From positions 1,098 to 65,097 of the forward strand of contig CBDDGS010000037.1 of assembly GCA_965227935.1 (NCBI GenBank): a stretch of DNA of 64,000 nucleotides, given 5' to 3'. Positions within the stretch are counted from its first letter, which is position 1; every line of letters begins with the position of its first letter. The translations under genes were made by a program, and so were the position numbers. Shown here piece by piece: positions 54,715-64,000 of the stretch. Origin of the DNA: Cyclobacteriaceae bacterium. GTDB taxonomy: Bacteria; Bacteroidota; Bacteroidia; Cytophagales; Cyclobacteriaceae. A model generated the notes under the pieces. The model ran no database searches. It saw nothing but the letters and a program-made list of their open reading frames with translations, and had not been told where the DNA came from.

Positions 54715-55230
54715 ATGGCAGTTACCAGATTAGAGAGAAAAGGACGTAAGAATAAGGCAGTTGCAAAGCGAAGAGTGAAGACGATCGATCGTCTTTCCAG
54801 CAAGCCTGTTATCAAGAACGTGGACGTTGAAGCGATCAAAGCTGAGTTCGAAGAAAATGCAAAGAAGGCTGCCAAGAAAGAAGCACCCAAGAAAGAAGCG
54901 GTAGAGGCGAAAGCAGAGAGCCCAGCAGCGGAGAAAGCTGCTCCTAAAGCTGAAAAGAAAGCTGCTGCCCCTAAGGCAGAGAAAAAAGAAGCTGCTCCGA
55001 AAGCCGAGAAGAAGGAAGCTCCTGCGAAAGCGGAGAAGAAAGAGGCTGCTCCTAAGGCGAAAAAAGAAGCTGCTCCCAAAGCGGAAAAGAAGGAAGCTGC
55101 ACCTAAAGCGAAGGCGAAGAAAGACGAGCCCAAGGCGGAAGCTGCTGCTGAAGAGAAGCCGGCCAAGAAGAAGGCCGCTCCCAAAAAGGCCGCCGCGAAG
55201 AAGGACGAAGGCGGCGAAGAGTCCGCTTAA
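54715..55230 (+). CDS. Lys/Ala/Glu-rich repeat protein, histone-H1-like composition
   Basis: 171 aa. A basic N-terminus (MAVTRLERKGRKNKAVAKRRVK) is followed by seven roughly 9-aa units of AAPKAEKKE. Confidence 0.7.
   Translation: MAVTRLERKGRKNKAVAKRRVKTIDRLSSKPVIKNVDVEAIKAEFEENAKKAAKKEAPKKEAVEAKAESPAAEKAAPKAEKKAAAPKAEKKEAAPKAEKKEAPAKAEKKEAAPKAKKEAAPKAEKKEAAPKAKAKKDEPKAEAAAEEKPAKKKAAPKKAAAKKDEGGEESA
54937..55122 (+). repeat. 27-nt (9-codon) tandem repeat, about 7 units, inside the Lys/Ala/Glu-rich gene
   Basis: The units differ mainly at synonymous third positions (aaa/aag, gct/gcc/gcg/gca, cct/ccg/ccc). Confidence 0.8.
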
Positions 55231-56375
55231 GGTCGTTCCAAAACCTTTACGATTTCAGAGGCAATTGCAGACATCTTTCTGTAAAGTGAGAGATGTCCAG
55301 GGTCTGATGTATTGACCTGGTAGGCGACACAGAATCTGTGATCTGGATAGTATCGCATATTGGTGATATATCCTGGAAAAAAGCCGCTATGCCCCCAACT
55401 TTGTCCCTGGGGTGTGTCCTGGATGTGTACGCCCAGACCCCACGTGCCTCCCAGACGTCTAGCGTCAATGCCATTGAGGAAGTCGCCCATGAGGTCGGCA
55501 CTGAAAAGTTGGTTCTCATAAATCAACTTCCCTGCTCTTGCCAGCTCCGAAGAATTGGTAACGAACCCGCCACCGGCCCATTCGAATTGTAGATTGTATT
55601 TGTATTCGCCGTCCTCTACCACCATTCCGGGATAGAAATCGTCGTCGAGTCGGTTGTAACCCACAGCCAATCCCTCAATTTTTCTCTGTACCTGGGGAGC
55701 GGTCAATTCAAAACCGTGAGGCAAAAGGAAATTGTCCAGTACGTATTGATACATCGTCGTACCTGTCACTTCCTCCAATACCATTGCTAGTATGATGTAA
55801 TTGGTGTCTGAGTAGGCGAAATCAGTACCCGCCTCAAATAGCGGATCCATATCGAACACATACGCTAGCAATTCCTCTGGCTTCCAAATTCGGTCGGGGT
55901 CTTTATGGACATCCTCCTGGAAAGTGTCTCCGAAGACATAGCGGGAGATACCAGAAGCATGTTGCATCAGGTTGCGGAGGGTAAGCGTTTCAGCATTTTG
56001 AATTCGGGAATACCATTCGTGCTTTCCAAGGTACTGGCTCACCCGATCATCTAATTGAAGATGCCCCCTTTCTACGAGCTGCATCAGTGAAGCAGACACG
56101 AATATTTTACCTGAACTACCTCCCAGCATTCTACTCGTCGGATCCATGGGTATCTTCTCCTCAACGTTTTTATAACCAACTCCGTAACTCAATACTTGGC
56201 CATCATGAAGAACGACGCCCAAAGTTGCGCCCGCGAAATCATCACTCTCATCATAGAGTGTGTCCAGGACCTGTTTCAGATGGCTGTCAACCTCGTCATA
56301 GGACGACTGAAAGCCGAAGGAGGCAGTGCTGAGTAGGAGCAGTAGCAGGAGGGTAGGTAGCCTCATATTCATCAT
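55227..56375 (-). CDS. serine hydrolase, beta-lactamase/PBP4*-like family
   Basis: Signal peptide, SxxK (SSGK), a YSDTNY motif and an HSG motif. Confidence 0.85.
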   Translation of the reverse strand: MMNMRLPTLLLLLLLSTASFGFQSSYDEVDSHLKQVLDTLYDESDDFAGATLGVVLHDGQVLSYGVGYKNVEEKIPMDPTSRMLGGSSGKIFVSASLMQLVERGHLQLDDRVSQYLGKHEWYSRIQNAETLTLRNLMQHASGISRYVFGDTFQEDVHKDPDRIWKPEELLAYVFDMDPLFEAGTDFAYSDTNYIILAMVLEEVTGTTMYQYVLDNFLLPHGFELTAPQVQRKIEGLAVGYNRLDDDFYPGMVVEDGEYKYNLQFEWAGGGFVTNSSELARAGKLIYENQLFSADLMGDFLNGIDARRLGGTWGLGVHIQDTPQGQSWGHSGFFPGYITNMRYYPDHRFCVAYQVNTSDPGHLSLYRKMSAIASEIVKVLERP

Positions 56376-56504
56376 ATCAGGAAGGTAGGGGATTCCTACG
56401 ATTCCAGGTAACCATTTGATTTGGACGGTGATACTGGATTCAAGTTTAGCGACCAGCTACTCATATGATCACTGGCGTGAAACAGGTCCAAGCCGTGGCA
56501 GAGC

Positions 56505-57260
56505 CTAAATGTACCCGACTACATCATAGACCATGTACCCTATCCATTCGCGGATCAACTCGTTCCATGTGTGAAGCTCATCACCATCCGGTAGGAAATT
56601 CATGAAATGCCAGTCGATAGGTTCTTCGCCATAGTCCACTGGGTAGGGCAAGACATCTACTTCTTCTTTTGAAAAACACCCTAGCGCCCTCCGCATGTGG
56701 CTGGCAGAGGTAATGAGTATGATGGGCGATTCGATCGTGTCTTGGGCTAGGAGTTGCTTGACGTAGACGGCATTTTGGTGTGTGTTCTGGGATTCTGTTT
56801 CAATGACGATCGCCTCCGGGGGGACGTCCAACGAGATGGCCAGCTCTTTGAGTAACGGGCTTTCGGACAGCCCGGTACTTCGGAGGTCTCCAGATCCTCC
56901 AGAAATGATCAGGCGGCGGACCATGCCCTCACGGTAAAGCTTGATCGCGCTCAGGATGCGCTCTACATTATCATTGAACTGTATCTGCCCTTCCACCTGT
57001 ATGCGAGCATTAGCCATACCGCCAAGGACAATGGCAACGTCTGTCGGTTCGGTGATCTGGGTAGGAGGCGGTTCCCAGGCTCTTAATGCGAGGTTGGCCA
57101 GGAATGGATTGGTGAAAACGAAGGCGGCCACTATGCCCGCAATTCGCAATCCTTTCTTCCACCTTGAGAGCTTTGGTACCACAGAAAGCGCCAGAGGCAA
57201 AAGAATCCACGTCAGTGGATGCAGAAGGAAACTGAGGGTCTTGGACAGAAAGAAAAACAT
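56505..57260 (-). CDS. YdcF/DUF218-family protein
   Basis: N-terminal TM spans plus a DUF218 core (IVLGG .. LIISGGSG). Confidence 0.8.
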   Translation of the reverse strand: MFFFLSKTLSFLLHPLTWILLPLALSVVPKLSRWKKGLRIAGIVAAFVFTNPFLANLALRAWEPPPTQITEPTDVAIVLGGMANARIQVEGQIQFNDNVERILSAIKLYREGMVRRLIISGGSGDLRSTGLSESPLLKELAISLDVPPEAIVIETESQNTHQNAVYVKQLLAQDTIESPIILITSASHMRRALGCFSKEEVDVLPYPVDYGEEPIDWHFMNFLPDGDELHTWNELIREWIGYMVYDVVGYI

Positions 57261-57335
57261 ACACCGTTAGTCTTCACCGCATGAAATTACACAGGAATTA
57301 CCAGCGATGAAGACAAGCTGACCTTTTTGAGCGGA

Positions 57336-58223
57336 TCAGCTTACAATTTTCTCTCTAATGTTTTCGATGGAAAGCACTACGTCTATGAGTAGATCGGGTG
57401 TCAGCAAGAAATCCTCCTGGCCCTTCATCGCCTTCTCAATATTCTCGAGATCACTGTCGTACAGCAAGACCAGGATCTCCAACTCATTGATCATGCGCAG
57501 GATGGTCTCATCGTCAGGTAGGTCCTTCATCAGTTTGATGATGTCTTTCAGGGGCTGCTCTTGCTCCAGAAGGATCTGCATGAGTGGCTGTAGTTTCAAG
57601 TCCTTCTCTGAATCAGACATACCTTCCACATCGTGGTCATCGATTTTTTTGGCTGCAAGGTATAGACCCTCTATAAAGCTGCCGGTAAGTGCCAGGGCCG
57701 CCATGTTCAGTCGCTCACTATGATCCAGCGAGCTTTCTTCCAATAAAGGCGTCTTGTTTAGTAGATCACTGATCGAATCGTGAGAGTCAGGCTGGGCCTG
57801 CCAGATGTCCATAAGCTCATGATCGAAGGCAGTTTGGACCCCTACTGTCTTGGCAAGATGCTCTATTGCGTCCATGTGACTGAGGGCCTCATCTATCTGT
57901 CCAAAGGCCACCTGATAACCGAGATCAGTCGCGTAAACCCCCAAATTCATGGCTGCAGTGTCGTCATTGTGCTCATATTGAGTTACTCGCTCAAAGCCAT
58001 TGACGAGGGATCCATCATAGACACTTCCGGTCTCCTGGAGTAAATGTGGCAGAAGCGTTGGTCGATGCATGTCCCGAATAGCCACATGCATATCGGCTAT
58101 GATTTGAAGATCTTCCGCAGATACCGCTCCTTCTTCTGATTCTTGGGAGTTGTTGGTTTGGCCAGTTCCGCAGGAAAAGAGTACGAACGAAACGGCAGTG
58201 CAGATGGTTAGTAGCCTTGTCAT
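57336..58223 (-). CDS. lipoprotein, hypothetical (295 aa)
   Basis: Lipoprotein signal MTRLLTICTAVSFVLFSC followed by a helical, acidic body. Confidence 0.65.
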   Translation of the reverse strand: MTRLLTICTAVSFVLFSCGTGQTNNSQESEEGAVSAEDLQIIADMHVAIRDMHRPTLLPHLLQETGSVYDGSLVNGFERVTQYEHNDDTAAMNLGVYATDLGYQVAFGQIDEALSHMDAIEHLAKTVGVQTAFDHELMDIWQAQPDSHDSISDLLNKTPLLEESSLDHSERLNMAALALTGSFIEGLYLAAKKIDDHDVEGMSDSEKDLKLQPLMQILLEQEQPLKDIIKLMKDLPDDETILRMINELEILVLLYDSDLENIEKAMKGQEDFLLTPDLLIDVVLSIENIREKIVS

Positions 58224-58327
58224 AGGTTAGTTGTCATATAGGGTTGCTGCAGATCTAAAAACAGAGACCTACATAAATTGATAAAGTAAATATCCACTTT
58301 CTTGATTGGAAATCAAACATCTTTGTT

Positions 58328-58531
58328 TTGATGAAGGGATTAGCGTTTAGCAGTTTGAGAACGGGCAAAAGGTACCAACTCACCAATTTTGGCGAGAGAT
58401 ATACCTTCCAGTTAGAGAAGATTCTTCCCCGGGATTTCCAACTGAAAGACCTCGGAACACTCGAAACATACCATCTCAGTGAGCTGATCCAGTTTGGCAA
58501 AGGGCCGGATTTCGAGATCCTCGAACTCTAA
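58328..58531 (+). CDS. small hypothetical protein, 67 aa
   Basis: ATG ORF with balanced composition in an otherwise empty spacer. Support is weak. Confidence 0.45.
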   Translation: MMKGLAFSSLRTGKRYQLTNFGERYTFQLEKILPRDFQLKDLGTLETYHLSELIQFGKGPDFEILEL

Positions 58532-58563
58532 GTGCCCCCAACAATACGTATCGCGTCCGCGAA

Positions 58564-60003
58564 CTAAACCTGGTACTCTGAGAGGTCCTTGGAGGGTAGG
58601 AGCGTACTTTGTCCCAGGTACTCATCGATGGCTCTGGCCGCCTCTCTTCCCTCTGAAATCGCCCATACCACGAGTGATTGTCCGCGTCGCATGTCTCCCG
58701 CCGTGAATACTCCTTTGACTGACGTTTCGTAGTTTTTGGCAGCGACATTGCCGCGTCCGTCGAGGGCTACTCCGAGCTGTTCAATGATGCCCTCTTTCTG
58801 CGGATAAGCGAAGCCGATGGCCAGGAGTGCCATGTCGCATTCATACGTTTTTTCACTGTTAGGCATTTCTACAGGACGTCCTTCCTGCCATTCCACCTTC
58901 ACAGTTTTCAAACCTTTCAGTTGGCCCTTCTCTCCAATGAACTCTTTGGTCATGATGGACCATTCCCTATCAGCGCCCTCCTCATGTGAGCTCGATGTCC
59001 GTAGGATCAGAGGCCATTCGGGCCATGGGTTTTGTGTTGCTCGGCTGACTGGCGGTTTGTCGAGCAATTCGAATTGCACAATGGACTTTGCTCCATGCCT
59101 GTTGGAGGTGCCAATGCAGTCAGAGCCGGTATCACCACCGCCAATCACGATCACATGCTTATCAGTCGCCCACAATTCTTCTCCTTCGATCGGAAGGTTG
59201 GACACTCTACGGTTCTGTTGCGTCAGGAAGTCCATTGCGAAGTGGACGCCCTTCAGGTCCCGCCCAGGGATACCGAGATCCCGGGGAATGGTTGACCCTC
59301 CTGAAAGCAGGATCGCGTCAAACTCCTTGAGGTCTGCTGCCGTGATGTCAAATCCCACATGGCAGTCCGTGACAAACTCGACCCCCTCTTTCTCCATCAA
59401 ATCGATGCGGCGCTCTACGACATTCTTGTCCAGCTTGAAATCTGGAATACCAAACCTGAGTAGTCCACCAGGTTTGGGGTCGCGTTCGTAGACAGTCACT
59501 TGATAGCCCGACTTGTTCAACTGATCCGCTGCGGCCATTCCTGCGGGACCTGAGCCTATGACTGCCACACGCTTACCATTTCTTTCGGTCGGGGGTTTGG
59601 GTTGTATAAGGCCCAATTCCCAGCCCTTCTCAGCAATGGATTTCTCAATATGCTCGATGGCCACGGGTGGCTTGTTGATGCCCAGTACGCAACTCCCCTC
59701 ACAAGGAGCGGGACAAATCCGACCCGTGAATTCAGGGAAGTTATTTGTCGACAGCAGTATCTCTACGGCCTTGGCCCAGTCTTCACGATAGACAGCATCG
59801 TTGAAGTCCGGGATGAAGTTGCCGAGCGGGCAACCGCTATGGCAGAATGGAACACCACAATCCATGCACCTACTCGCCTGCTGGATGGTGAGCTCATCGG
59901 AATGAGGCTTATAGAATTCCTTGTATTCCTTTATTCGTTGGGAGGGGTCCTCCGACTTTGGCAGTTCACGATCTACCTTGATGAATCCGTCAATGCTCCC
60001 CAT
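58564..60003 (-). CDS. gltD: glutamate synthase small subunit
   Basis: CMDCGVPFCHSGCPLGN Fe-S motif and two dinucleotide-binding folds (VAVIGSGPAG, VIVIGGGDTG). Confidence 0.95.
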   Translation of the reverse strand: MGSIDGFIKVDRELPKSEDPSQRIKEYKEFYKPHSDELTIQQASRCMDCGVPFCHSGCPLGNFIPDFNDAVYREDWAKAVEILLSTNNFPEFTGRICPAPCEGSCVLGINKPPVAIEHIEKSIAEKGWELGLIQPKPPTERNGKRVAVIGSGPAGMAAADQLNKSGYQVTVYERDPKPGGLLRFGIPDFKLDKNVVERRIDLMEKEGVEFVTDCHVGFDITAADLKEFDAILLSGGSTIPRDLGIPGRDLKGVHFAMDFLTQQNRRVSNLPIEGEELWATDKHVIVIGGGDTGSDCIGTSNRHGAKSIVQFELLDKPPVSRATQNPWPEWPLILRTSSSHEEGADREWSIMTKEFIGEKGQLKGLKTVKVEWQEGRPVEMPNSEKTYECDMALLAIGFAYPQKEGIIEQLGVALDGRGNVAAKNYETSVKGVFTAGDMRRGQSLVVWAISEGREAARAIDEYLGQSTLLPSKDLSEYQV

Positions 60004-60005
60004 AA

Positions 60006-64000
<3,995 letters not shown>

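Noticed and set aside
54642-55184. 180-aa minus-strand ORF (AASFFSA repeats)
   Set aside because: It is the mirror image of the Lys/Ala/Glu repeat gene. The plus frame has an ATG, an upstream TAATTTTG box and a non-repetitive basic N-terminus, and the minus frame has none of these.

Overview
This is a 64-kb chromosomal segment of a Bacteroidota genome. The evidence for that is a SusC/SusD pair, a T9SS type-B sorting domain and recurrent TAnnTTTG -7 boxes. By eye the GC content is about 50 percent, and the gene content suggests a marine Cytophagia/Flavobacteriia-like organism. I call about 55 protein genes and recognised no rRNA, tRNA, CRISPR array, transposase or integrase. The window falls into four blocks.
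(i) 0.4-10 kb holds mixed hypothetical, secreted and membrane genes: a radical SAM protein, a DUF2157 + GDYXXLXY pair, a 5x16-aa repeat protein and a large lipoprotein glycosidase.
(ii) 10.3-27.5 kb is an alginate-utilisation locus. It contains a GntR regulator, SusC/SusD, PL6-like and PL17-like lyases, KdgF, an MFS transporter and two tandem SDRs. It ends with a PPi-type phosphofructokinase translationally coupled to KDG kinase, and an Nramp-fold transporter that has lost the DPGN/MPH metal-site motifs.
(iii) 27.5-42.6 kb holds a secreted caspase-like protease, a DUF559 endonuclease gene nested between G-rich inverted repeats, and an OPT transporter. It also holds a sigma-54 RR/HK/MOSC operon bracketed by two ATPase-less double-FtsX permease paralogues. 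Each permease is preceded by a TGGCATAG.. -24/-12-like element.
(iv) 42.6-64 kb is mostly housekeeping: an NSS transporter with a 39-aa small subunit and a MazG-like gene, ffh, pdhB, hisS, a YbaB-family gene and gltBD. It also contains two adjacent +1-frameshifted genes (PspC-like and GT2) and a Lys/Ala/Glu 9-residue-repeat protein.
I did not find a canonical defence island or an unambiguous new multi-gene system. The most unusual items are the sigma-54/FtsX module, the motif-ablated Nramp homologue in the sugar-acid locus, the repeat-bracketed DUF559 gene with the structured orphan spacer next to it, and pfp-kdgK coupling. All family calls come from motif recognition by eye, not from database searches.
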